A stretch of DNA of 64,000 nucleotides from Eukaryota sp. TZLM1-RC (taxonomy: Eukaryota > Protista > Metamonada: BaSk clade). This document shows positions 20,083-30,600 of the stretch, one piece after another. Position 1 is the first letter of the stretch. Every line of letters begins with the position of its first letter. The DNA is taken from positions 1,860,001-1,924,000 of the forward strand of contig JAUPSS010000001.1 in the NCBI GenBank assembly GCA_040285825.1, in the 5' to 3' direction. The position numbers were made by a program, and so were the translations under genes. A model generated the notes under the pieces. That model made no database searches. It saw only the letters and a list, made by a program, of their open reading frames with translations, and was not told where the DNA came from.

Positions 20083-20667
20083 TCAAATTGTTTATTTGGA
20101 TATTTGTTGTTCGGGAATATTCACTCTGATTTTAATGTCAACTTGCCCTTCAGTATGTCTACATAATTGCAGATCTTTCAACCAACTTTGGGTCAAATTC
20201 TTTCTTCTTTATTGGAAGTCAATGAATCTTTGATTCGAAGTCATTTATTTTGATCTTGTGATTTGGGAGTAACTGGCTTCACGAATTTTTTCCAACAACT
20301 CCACTACTGGTAGTCAATACTCCAAAAAAGACACTGAACAAACAGCACAAAGCAAAAAAAATACATGATTGACACTACTAACTGGCCGTCTGAGATGCTC
20401 CAAGAACGTTTGGAATTCGACAGCAAGGTTTTCATTACATATACAATTGTTTGAACCAGCAAAAACATCCAATAAGAAGAATGAGGATTGTATCTTAAAA
20501 ACAACTGACGAAACCTTCAGTAAAGAGATCACAAACTTTCTATTTTTATTACTAAGCGGCCGTCTAAGAAGCTCCAAAAGCGGTTTCAAGGCAATAGCAA
20601 GCTTTTTATGAGAAAAGAAATGCGAACATCTACTGATAGTCAAGTCAAAATGAACAAGAATCAAAAT

Positions 20668-20935
20668 CTCTGGGTAAGGCTGCTATGGCTTTCCTTGAGG
20701 ATTTTGTTGTAGTTGTAAAGGAAAGAACTGGAAGAATTTTCAATCGTGTTTACTGGCAAAACAGGATTGTATTTTCTATTTTTAAGGGAATGGTAAAACT
20801 AATTTCTGATTCACTATCTTCTTTTGGGAAATTTTCTGAATCTTTAGCAATTAATTGTTTTGATGTAGGGGAGGCAGGTTTTGAGGATGTGGAGTTTTAA
20901 TTGTGTATTTCATATTTGTTGTTGAATAAAAAAAG
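20668..20935 (+). mobile_element. CRE-like 3' fragment, subfamily B (...CFDVGEAGFEDVEF*)
   Basis: Near-identical to 48500-48770 and 56260-56500; followed by AATAAA and an A tail. Confidence 0.85.
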
Positions 20936-21573
20936 GTGGTTAGAATCAAAATACAAGTGAAAACTAATTGTCTCCAAATGGATGTTTCAAAGTATGATGT
21001 TATCTGTGGTTTCATGATAACCTCTGAAAAGCCTTCATATAAACCTATACTTGATATATACTAGTAGTTGATTTCATCCTTCAATGTGCTGGTCGACTGA
21101 AACCTTTGTTCATATGAACAAAATTTGTCTTTATAGAGCGATTGTTAATTTACAATGTAAGGAATCTTTAAAAAACACGATGATAATTGCAATTAAGGAA
21201 TTTCAACTGTTCCCTCTTGTCACAACCACCCTACTTTATTTTATGGTTGAATCAAATCAAACAAATTAAAATACATAAATTGTAATAGATTTATTACAAT
21301 TCAAAACAATGTGACTACAAAAAAGTGACAACAAAGATTATAAATATGAAATTGTATATATGAGCCCACAAACAGAGCCTAATCAATGATAAAGTACTGA
21401 ATGATTGAATTTAAATTATAATTATTTAGAAAATTGAAAATATATACAAAGAACCACTTAACTTAACATGAAAATAGGAGAAAACGTGCCACAAAGAATA
21501 AATAAATAAAACCTATTAATACAGTACCACAAAAATAACAAATTTCTGCAGAAAAAGGAAAAAACACTTCTCC

Positions 21574-22758
21574 CTAGACTTTACTTTCCATTGAATCTAT
21601 TTCATTGTCAGTAAAAGAGAATGGTAATTCAAATTCTTTCAAAATTTCAGCTGCTTGATCCATTAGGGATCTCTTTTCTGAAAATTTCGACCAATCACTA
21701 GGTCTTTCGTGAGCTTTACTTCCTGTCAATTCTTCAATCAAATTCTTCAATCTATTTTTAATCGTCACGTCATCCTCATTTTCTGGTAAACGAATTTTCA
21801 ACAATTCCGAGTCGATTTGTCTTAATTTTCGCTTGATTTCCTTATTTTCACGTGTATTCCTTATGTAATCGTCATCATTGTGATCTTCTGACAACTCATC
21901 ATGACGTGGTGTGTCTGGAAATTTGGAAAAAATCTCAGAATCAATTTCATCAAGCTTTTGCGAAAGAATATTTAAAGAATTTTCATTTGACGAGGTCAAA
22001 ATTTCGTCAACCTCACCCTCTAATGTAGATAATTTAGAATTGAGATCATCAACAAAATTTTCAAAATTTGACACAAATTCTTCATTGTCATCTGATTGAT
22101 CAAATTTTGATGAATTCTGGTCCTCTTTTTGATCTTCTATAGACAGTTGTTGACTGTCACCACAATCATCTACTTGATAAGCTTCCGATAACGACTTAAA
22201 CTTCCGATTAATCTCCATCAGGCGGTTAAAAACCTTTTTGGCTGCTGGTCTAGAGATTTCCACAGATGCATCGTCATCATAAATGAAATGTGGCTCTTGT
22301 ACACTCATTAAATGATCAAAATTTTGGTCCATTTTGCTGATTTCTTCAAGACTTTGATTGACTTTTTCCACTTTTTTGACCTCTTCGTCTGTCACAGTTT
22401 GAAGAAAGGAAAGTAGGGAAGTAGAAGACAAATCTGGAAAGCAAGAAGCGACACGAGGATCCTGAAGGCTCAAGTAGACATTAAGCTTAATTTTAACTTC
22501 TTCAGCTGGAAAAGGAAGAAGAGAGAGAAGGGATGCTAAGGTGGACTTGGCAGAGTCTAGGTCCGCAGCAGGAGTGGAGGGATCAGATGGAGGTGGGAAA
22601 GAAGAGAAAGAGGGTAGAGGAATGGTTGTAAGTAATTGTTCAAGGTCCTGATCAGTGATGAATGTTGGAGAGGAAATGGATGGGATTGATGCGGTGCTCT
22701 TCTCTGATAGTGAACTTGAAGCACGAGATGATGGTAGATGTGAGGTCGTGAAGGCCAT
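21574..22758 (-). CDS. Hypothetical coiled-coil protein
   Basis: Intact ~394-aa ORF with host-like composition; no motif recognised. Confidence 0.7.
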   Translation of the reverse strand: MAFTTSHLPSSRASSSLSEKSTASIPSISSPTFITDQDLEQLLTTIPLPSFSSFPPPSDPSTPAADLDSAKSTLASLLSLLPFPAEEVKIKLNVYLSLQDPRVASCFPDLSSTSLLSFLQTVTDEEVKKVEKVNQSLEEISKMDQNFDHLMSVQEPHFIYDDDASVEISRPAAKKVFNRLMEINRKFKSLSEAYQVDDCGDSQQLSIEDQKEDQNSSKFDQSDDNEEFVSNFENFVDDLNSKLSTLEGEVDEILTSSNENSLNILSQKLDEIDSEIFSKFPDTPRHDELSEDHNDDDYIRNTRENKEIKRKLRQIDSELLKIRLPENEDDVTIKNRLKNLIEELTGSKAHERPSDWSKFSEKRSLMDQAAEILKEFELPFSFTDNEIDSMESKV

Positions 22759-22799
22759 TATTACAGATGATGTATATATCAATGAAATAAGTGTCCTTT

Positions 22800-23430
22800 T
22801 TACAGCAATGTAGAGGGACTGAGTTTTTGAGAAGTGGAAGATTTTCTCCTTGATACCATTTTCTTTAAACCAAGATCAACCTTGGTTCTTTGAAAAGATA
22901 CTGGTCTATCTCCACCATCTACATGTGCTTCCATCACTACCATCATATTCAGCGAAGCATTTCGATCTCTATTCCACAAGCTTTCGCATGATTTACACAT
23001 GGTAATCCCGTGACGAGTAGACATCTCATGCCCCTTCCGTGGTCTTGGACTTCTGCACCATCGGAATGTTTCAACTGTTTTCTCCGCTTTCTTACAGTTG
23101 AAACATCTGCAACTGGTTCGAAACTCATCAATCAAAAAGACCTTATAACCAGCCTTTTTAAATAAAATTCTCAAATTTTTTCCTATGGTAGGTTCTTTGA
23201 ATTTCATGTGTTTTCGTTGTTCCCAGTCTCCGATTCCGATAACAACTTGGCTGGGATCACCAATTACTGATTTGAATCTCTTAATCATTTTTGCCTCGGA
23301 TCTTGTGTGATTAATCTCAGCCCACCATCTTAGTTTCCTAAATTGTTTTTGATGATAGACTTCACCTCCAATACTATTCACAAAATTCTTTTGTTTAATA
23401 TACTCCATAAATCTATCAAATCTGCAGCTT
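22800..23430 (-). pseudogene. Fanzor1 C-terminal half C (5'-truncated)
   Basis: FRKLRW..INHTRSE, IGIGDWEQ, EPTIGK, LIDEFRTSCRCFNC, CKSCESLWNRDRNASLNM and DRPVSFQR; RuvC-II E and RuvC-III D are intact, RuvC-I is absent. Confidence 0.92.
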
Positions 23431-24069
23431 TTTTTCTTTTTGTTTTTTTTTGGAATAAAAAATGTTTTATTTAGCATTATTTTGAAGTAATTTCCACAAC
23501 AAAGAGAGAACGTTCAAAGGCCAATCTTCCAATTGTGGCTAATGGAATAGGGGTTTTTGTTGCATAGATTTTTGGAAGGTTATGTCTTTGATAGATGTAT
23601 CATTTTTCAAGGATTTCTCATCTATCTACACCATTTACTTGAGAGTTGGATACTGTCTACGTCTGATGATCCATTATCTTCAAAGGGAAATGATGTTCCA
23701 TTAGCATGATTAAGATTTCTTGATTATTTTCAATTGAATGGAAACAAACTATCTAGATGCCGTGAGCTTAAAATAATCTTTCTTTGGGCTCAACAACACA
23801 CTAGAAACAGTATCCCAAAACACTTGAATACAGAATTCAATAAAACAATAACTAATGTACATTGGGGTTATCAAATTGATTGCATCCAACTCCAATCACT
23901 TCGTTGACACATTAACCAGTTTTTTGCATCATTTCAACATTGGACAGCTGCACTGACACAAGTTGAGAATTGAGAATCTTTATTGAGAATTTAGAAAAAA
24001 AAGAAAATTTAGAATTTTAATTTTTTTGTTTAGTTTCTCAGAATAAATAAATTGGTTAAAATTTTCAAA

Positions 24070-25100
24070 AAAAAGGCAACTATTCTTCTTGTTGAAACTT
24101 CAAAAGGAAGTCATTCCACCAAAAAATATAAACTTGACAAAAACAATTCAAGACTCTGATATTTCAAACTTTTTGATGTAAGTCTGATATCTCACTATTG
24201 TTTAACGGTGATGTTGACTCACAAATCACAACTGATTTTCCTTCTTGATTCATCAGTATTCTTTATGATAAAAAATTAATCAGGTCCAAACTCAGTCACA
24301 ACCAAAGGAAAATTTACATAATTATTTATGTGATGGTGTAGATCGCAGTAATTATCATAACGAACTTGGAAAGGAAGTGAGAGGTTAACAAAACTATTTA
24401 AAACTGAATCATCTCTCCATTTATGTCTATTATGTATCTCAGGAATTTAATAATTTGGACAAGTGAATGAAGTGTGGCACAATGTAGGAGGTCCAAATTG
24501 ACATAATGAGCACACTGGAAACAATACTTTAGAACTATCAGGCATTTTTCGACAAAATTTCCATTGATATAGGTTATCAGCAATAGGAACTACATTCATT
24601 CAAGGAAATATTAATTACAGACTGAATGATTTTAACAGGGAGATTAATCAACATGGACAGACATTGATGATCAGCCTTCATATGGTTTGAGTTTAATATG
24701 ATATTGTTCAATGAATATTGTGCTTTGCACTACATCAACTTATGCAATAAGGTAAGTTGCTTATTTATTCGCAATCACTATTCCCAACTTTGGATAAAGG
24801 TCACTCTCAACCATAACTCTTGATCATTCTAATCCAAAATGACTCAAACAATTTGCCATCTCACCTTAACATCGCCACCAAACCTAGCAACAGGAAAGTT
24901 CTTCCATTTGATCACAAACTCCACACTTGATAAGTCTGTTCGTTTTGTCATAGTGATTAATTTTAAACACCATTGTCTTAATTATAACCCAATTCATAAA
25001 ACTATCATCTATAAGTACAATTCGACACTCCACTTTATAAAATGTCACTAAAACAAGCGCTGATGAAGACTTGGTAACAATGGTAAAATCTGAAAATAAA
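24070..25100 (-). mobile_element. Highly decayed CRE-like remnant, subfamily F
   Basis: CSLCQFGPPTLCHTSFTC zinc knuckle and FPLVVTEFG; 24080-24235 aligns with 63428-63583. Confidence 0.5.
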
Positions 25101-25750
25101 TTTTTCATGTTTGATACCTCTTTTAGCAGATACCTGCTGACCCAAATGAACTATTTAAAATGTACATCAGTCTTCATTTCACTATACTGTTGATTATGAG
25201 CAAACGATTTGCTGTTGTGGAGAAGATCACTGAATTAGACCCTGAAAGGAGAGAGCGGCACTACTTTGTCAAGAACAACGAGTCTAACCAAGAGTTTGAA
25301 TTATATGATGACCATGGCGATTGGGTATTTGAGCTTGAACCTAGGGTTTTGAAGAGTCTAAGTGAGCTCAAGGGCCAGGTCCAGGATGATACTAGTCACA
25401 AAAGGTTCAAAGATTTTGAATAGGCTCATACATCAATGTATCAATTCATTAATAAAGGATTAATTAAGTAAATTTTCACCACACGTTCAAATTCTGAAAC
25501 AAGTAGTTGACATGGATAAAAGACTAAACCATCGTTTTTGATGCATGTGGAATTATGAAGGAAAACTATTATTATCCCGAGAAAATGGGCAATGTAAAAC
25601 AATTTTTTTTGTTTCACTCACAGAGTATTTGGGCAAATATATTGGAAATAGCGTTCTTTTCAGCAGCAAAACTTTGCTGAGCTTAAGAATTGTAAGAAAG
25701 TTAATTATCTTGAACATAATGAAGTGCTGTAGGAGGAAAATGATTGGTTT

Positions 25751-25905
25751 TGATGATCTGTGGGGGTTAGACATTGAGTATACCTTAAATGTAATTTATT
25801 ACAAGGGAATGAGGATTTCCCTTAACTTAAGCGCATGGGCGCAATAATACAATAGCTATTAATAAACTATAAGTAAACTATTATAAATATTATCCAAGGC
25901 TAACA
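25751..25905 (-). repeat. 3' LTR (155 bp)
   Basis: Identical to 32962-33116; TG...CA ends; PPT gaaaagaagaaagggcag adjacent on the minus strand. Confidence 0.95.
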
Positions 25906-27590
25906 CTGCCCTTTCTTCTTTTCGAGCGTCGAGGCCTGATAGGAGTTGGATTAACATTATTGTTAATATTATCAGAACGACGTTTACGGCGTGAAGGACG
26001 AGAGCGAGTATTAGAAACAGACTTGGAGAATTCTTTATAGGCAGAGGTGTTTTGAACAGTCGAAACCAGCTCAGTGGTAATATGATTGCCAGGCCATTGG
26101 ACTTGACAGTAATCACCATCCTGACTGAGGACTTTCTGGATCACGTGCTCTTCTGCATCACCAGCAGCAACCCAGGAGTGAAATTCATCATCAGCTGGTA
26201 AACTGGAATGCCAAGGTTGGAGATGCTTCACACTGGCTTTAACAACCATACCAGTGCACAGATTCTTGATATCAACTGTGGAAGTAGAGGGTGTGTCAAT
26301 AACTAAGAATGGTCCTTTGTAGTTACCATGTAGCTTAGCAGTGGAAGACGAAGCTCGTTTGACCAATTGGCCAGGAGAGAAAGGGTTGGCTTCGATTTGG
26401 GAATCACGAGGAGGAGCCTTGGAAGCTTGACGGAGCTCTGCTTCCTCCTGTTTCTTCTTCAATCTGGCAAATTTGGATTGAATGTTGTTGATGTAGGTTG
26501 ACTCAGACGTTGAGCTTTCGAGGGTCTCTATGATTTTGCCGGGGTCAGCTCTTGGGCTAAAATCTGAACCAAACATGAGCTCGTATGGAGAGTAACCTGT
26601 AATCGAACTCTTGGATGAGTTGATTAACAATTGTACATAGGGTATGTACTCTGACCATGCGTCGTAGGCGTTAAAATCTACGAGCAGCTTCCTCAAATTC
26701 TGCAAAATGTCACGGTGACGGCGTTCGACTAAACCGTTGGACTGAGAGAAGTGAGGGACGGACTTTGAGACCTCTATGCCCAAAAACTCACATAGAGCGT
26801 CGAAGACAGCTTTAGAGAACTCAAGACCGTTGTCACTATGAACTATGAACGGGATCCCGAATATCGCGCATACCTTCCATATGAGAGCGTCAGCAGTAAG
26901 GTTGGCGTTGAGTTCTTTGAGAGGGACTATGATAGTGAACCTCGTGAAGCTATCCACAAATACAAGAATGTATCTGTGGCCGTCTTGATCTTCTGGAAGA
27001 GGACCAATGACGTCGACGTTAACTCTTGCGAATGGTCTGTCAGCCCACAAGGAACCAGTTGTAGGGACATGCAGTTTGGGGACTGCTGCTGTCTTCTGAC
27101 AGGAGGGGCATTCTTGGACGTGCTTGGTCATGTCTGAAAGCATGTTAGGCCACCAGTAGTCGCTGTTCTTGAGTCTGAGGAGACTTTCTGCCTTACTGGG
27201 GTGGCCACCTTGCGGGAGTCCATGTAGAAGGTAAAGCGTATCCTTAACCAGTGATTGAGGAATCACGATCTTGTGCTCTGGAGTCAGATAAAGATCTAGA
27301 CGACTATCCAAAGTACAGTTGTTAAACGAGGTGTCCTGGTTAGCGAGGGCTCGCTTTTGTTCGGACCTGATCTTGCAGAGCCATGGCTCGAAGAGTGGAA
27401 GGTCATTGGAGCATTTGTCTTGAAGGATGAGCACCTTCTCAAATGTATGGAGATCTTCAACGAAGCATCTCTCTGACTCAGTTTCGTCAATCCTATTTGT
27501 GTAGTAGATAGGGTGAAACTCTTGGTCATTAGAATGTACCAGATGGTTGATGGTATGATTGTCTTGGGGCGGTACTATCCTAGATAGCAT
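25890..27590 (-). CDS. Integrase portion of pol (HHCC, DDE, chromodomain-like)
   Basis: HGLPQGGH..CPSC, VDVIGPL, HSDNG, NGLVERRH and EEHVIQKVL..YCQVQWPG. Confidence 0.92.
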   Translation of the reverse strand: MLSRIVPPQDNHTINHLVHSNDQEFHPIYYTNRIDETESERCFVEDLHTFEKVLILQDKCSNDLPLFEPWLCKIRSEQKRALANQDTSFNNCTLDSRLDLYLTPEHKIVIPQSLVKDTLYLLHGLPQGGHPSKAESLLRLKNSDYWWPNMLSDMTKHVQECPSCQKTAAVPKLHVPTTGSLWADRPFARVNVDVIGPLPEDQDGHRYILVFVDSFTRFTIIVPLKELNANLTADALIWKVCAIFGIPFIVHSDNGLEFSKAVFDALCEFLGIEVSKSVPHFSQSNGLVERRHRDILQNLRKLLVDFNAYDAWSEYIPYVQLLINSSKSSITGYSPYELMFGSDFSPRADPGKIIETLESSTSESTYINNIQSKFARLKKKQEEAELRQASKAPPRDSQIEANPFSPGQLVKRASSSTAKLHGNYKGPFLVIDTPSTSTVDIKNLCTGMVVKASVKHLQPWHSSLPADDEFHSWVAAGDAEEHVIQKVLSQDGDYCQVQWPGNHITTELVSTVQNTSAYKEFSKSVSNTRSRPSRRKRRSDNINNNVNPTPIRPRRSKRRKGSVSLG

Positions 27591-27642
27591 GTCTGCCCAA
27601 TGGTTCTCTTCCCCTTTTGTATGAACTATGTCGAATAGGAAC

Positions 27643-30600
27643 TCAGAAAAGATGGGAAGCCACCTTCAGACTATTCTGTTTTTGTTCGGAGCGGTAAGCA
27701 TGTAAGTAAGGTTTTGGTGATCTGTGAAAAATGATCAGACGCCTTCCTTTGAGGTAGTTCTCGAAGCCACTTTCGGTAAGCATGAGAAGGATAGCATAAA
27801 GCTCTTTCTGTACCGTGGGCCAGTTCTGCTGGGAGTTAGTCAACAATCTGCTGAAGAAGCTGATTGGTCTACATTTCCTATTGAGTAAGGAAGTACCAGG
27901 GTCCTTAGTGGGTTCTATTTGTTCCCAAATCACGCCGCCAACTGCTATATCAGAGGCATTACAACTAATTAGTACTTGGTTATCCACCGGAGGTAAGTTG
28001 AGAGGCATATGCTCCGCGATCAGACGTTTGATTTCGGCTAAATGGTAGTCGTGAGTGTCTTTCCACTGCAAGCGACGTGGTTTGCCATGTGTTAATTTGA
28101 TGATCGGGGCAACATGCTTGGTTACCTGGGGAAGCCATTCCCTAATGAAGTTGACTGAGCCGATAAGGCTACGGGCGTCTTTCACAGTCTTAGGTCTGGG
28201 AAGATTCAGTAAAGACTCTGTGCGTGTAGGATCTATGGTCCTGGTTTTGTGTTGGAATCTGCTACCAAGGATCTTTATTGGGTGTCTAGAGGACACAAAA
28301 TGGCACTTGGGCAGTCCAAGGCTAACTCTACGGGTTTGAGCCTTCTCGAGGACACGTCTTAGACGTCCGAGGAACTCGTTGAAAGTTCTACCTACTATAA
28401 TGATGTCATCTATATAGATGAATACACCGTCTCCGGAGAAGATGTCTGCCATAACGTTCTGGAAAACCGCAGGAACGTTCTTGAGGCCGAAAGCAGCACG
28501 TTTAAACATGATGCTTTTGCCAGGGATGCTTAAGGCAGTCTTCTCCCAGTCCTTTTCTGCAATCTTTAGTTGCCAAAAGGCTTTGGGAAGGTCAAGGGTA
28601 CCGATGAAATTGGCTTCCGAAAGGAAGACTAGCACATCGGATATTCTGGGGAGATTAGGTTCAACGGGAATAGTGTTGGCGTTGACTCCGTCCTTGCCGC
28701 TGTAATCACCAGTAAGGCGAGGCTTACGATGATCAGGGTATACCACAAGACATACTGGAGAGCTGAACTCATGGTTCGATGGTACAGCAAATCCAGACTC
28801 GACGAGTTCATCGAAGATCTGTTCGGCGACTTTCTGTTTCTCGGGGTTTAACCTACGAGGGGGTCGTCTGACTCGAATACTTTCATCATGAAAGTTGATC
28901 TCCATTGGAGGACAGTCAATCCCATCAGCATGCGGCTTAAGGGTGAATGTCTCTTCGAACTCTTTCAAGGTTAGAAGTAAGGTCTTCTTCTCGTTATCAC
29001 AGTCGAGGTTAATAGTACAACCAGAAGACTGAATGTGCTCCATCCAACGTCTAGGGACGTTGACGACATCTGAGACTTGGGAGATTCGATGGTCGAATTC
29101 GGCCTCAGGCAGAAATAATGTACGATGTTCCTCATCCATCTTGATGAAGAGACCTTCATCGTTCAATAAGCCTAGGTGATGCAACAGGTCTCTACCAATT
29201 AGTAACATATTGTTGCCAGGAATGATGGCCAAACTATGTTTCACATGAACTAATTGGGTTACGCTACCGAGTCTGAAGCTCAGTGTGCCTTCTGCTGATC
29301 CTAAAGACTTCGACATGATGTTGTTTGCAGACTTGAAGTTTATGCAATGGTTAGTCTTTACCATGTTGCATCTCTCTGCTAAATCAACAGTGATGACTGA
29401 TATCGAAGCTCCAGAGTCGATGATCCCTTCTATTTCGCAGTTATTTATTGAAAATTTCAATTTTAAATTTTTGCGTGCGACATCTGAGGTGCGAACCATG
29501 AAGATATCGCTGTGGGACTCTGAGTCTGGGTTCGAGTCGAACTCATGATTGAAACAGTGTTTATTTGGTGTTTCTATCGTTGTAGCTGTTTTAAAATTCC
29601 GGGTAGTCAAAGGATTAGTTAAGCACTTAATCCACTGGTTGGAGACTGAGGTTTGTTTTATGTTTGGTGTTTTACGTGCTGGAGAGCTGTCTTGCTCTAT
29701 AGTAAACAAGGAACATTTGTTTGAACGTTGCTTTGATGTATTACCTGTTGGAGAGCTATCTTGCTCTATAGTAAACATTGAATATTTATGGGAACGTTTA
29801 TTACTACTAGAAGGGCCCTTGCCTCTTCCTCTACGTCTACCTTTGCCTCTACTACTACTACTACCCCTAGCCAAATGTGCTCGAACGGCATCTGGGTTGG
29901 CATCTCGCCATTGCTTGGATCGCTGGCAATCAGGGTCGGGACATTCGTTAATAGAGTGGCCTGGAAAACCACAGAATCTACAGAGACCAGCTTTATCTCT
30001 TTCTTTCTTAATTTGCGACTTGCTCCTTTTGGTAAGTTGAGCAGGGGCGACGCTGGAACCCGCAGGCTTAAATTCGCCTATTCTTTTCTTGTCCTTTGGG
30101 TTTGCTCTAACATAGTGACCCATATGTTGTTGATAGCTGTCACTGATGTTGGCCTTTTGCTCGTCATAGGATCTTGCTGAACACCAACTCATGTATTCAG
30201 CAGCAAGGATGTCGACAAATTGTTGTAAAGTATGGTGTTGCCAAACATTGGGTGTGGACCATACTGTTCTCAGGTTGTCACTGATGGCCTGAATACCAAC
30301 AGAATCGATCATATGGGTTGCAATTTCCCAGTTTTGAATGCGCTGTAGGAAATGTTGACCATACAAGGCACGGTCGCTTGCCCTGACGTCAGAAATGGCG
30401 GTACTTCGTGAAACTGTTCTCATTAGCCTCACAGTGAAGTCGCCCCAGCGATTCCTAAAGTCCTGAATATTCCAATTCATCTGAACTCTATATAACTGAT
30501 TCCTCGCCGTTTCTAAAGTACTATACTGGCTGAGGTGTAAAATTGATTCCCATATTTGCTCCTCATTAATGTTGTCGATAGCTGAGATACTATCAGACAT

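Noticed and set aside
20100-21270. Short ORFs at 20.3-20.7 kb and 21.1 kb (also 14.9-15.1, 23.5-24.0 and 52.8-53.4 kb)
   Set aside because: They look like decayed coding DNA, but no family could be recognised by eye.
27720-27735. Programmed ribosomal frameshift in pol
   Set aside because: It falls inside RNase H, has no canonical slippery heptamer, and is followed by a stop in the restored frame.
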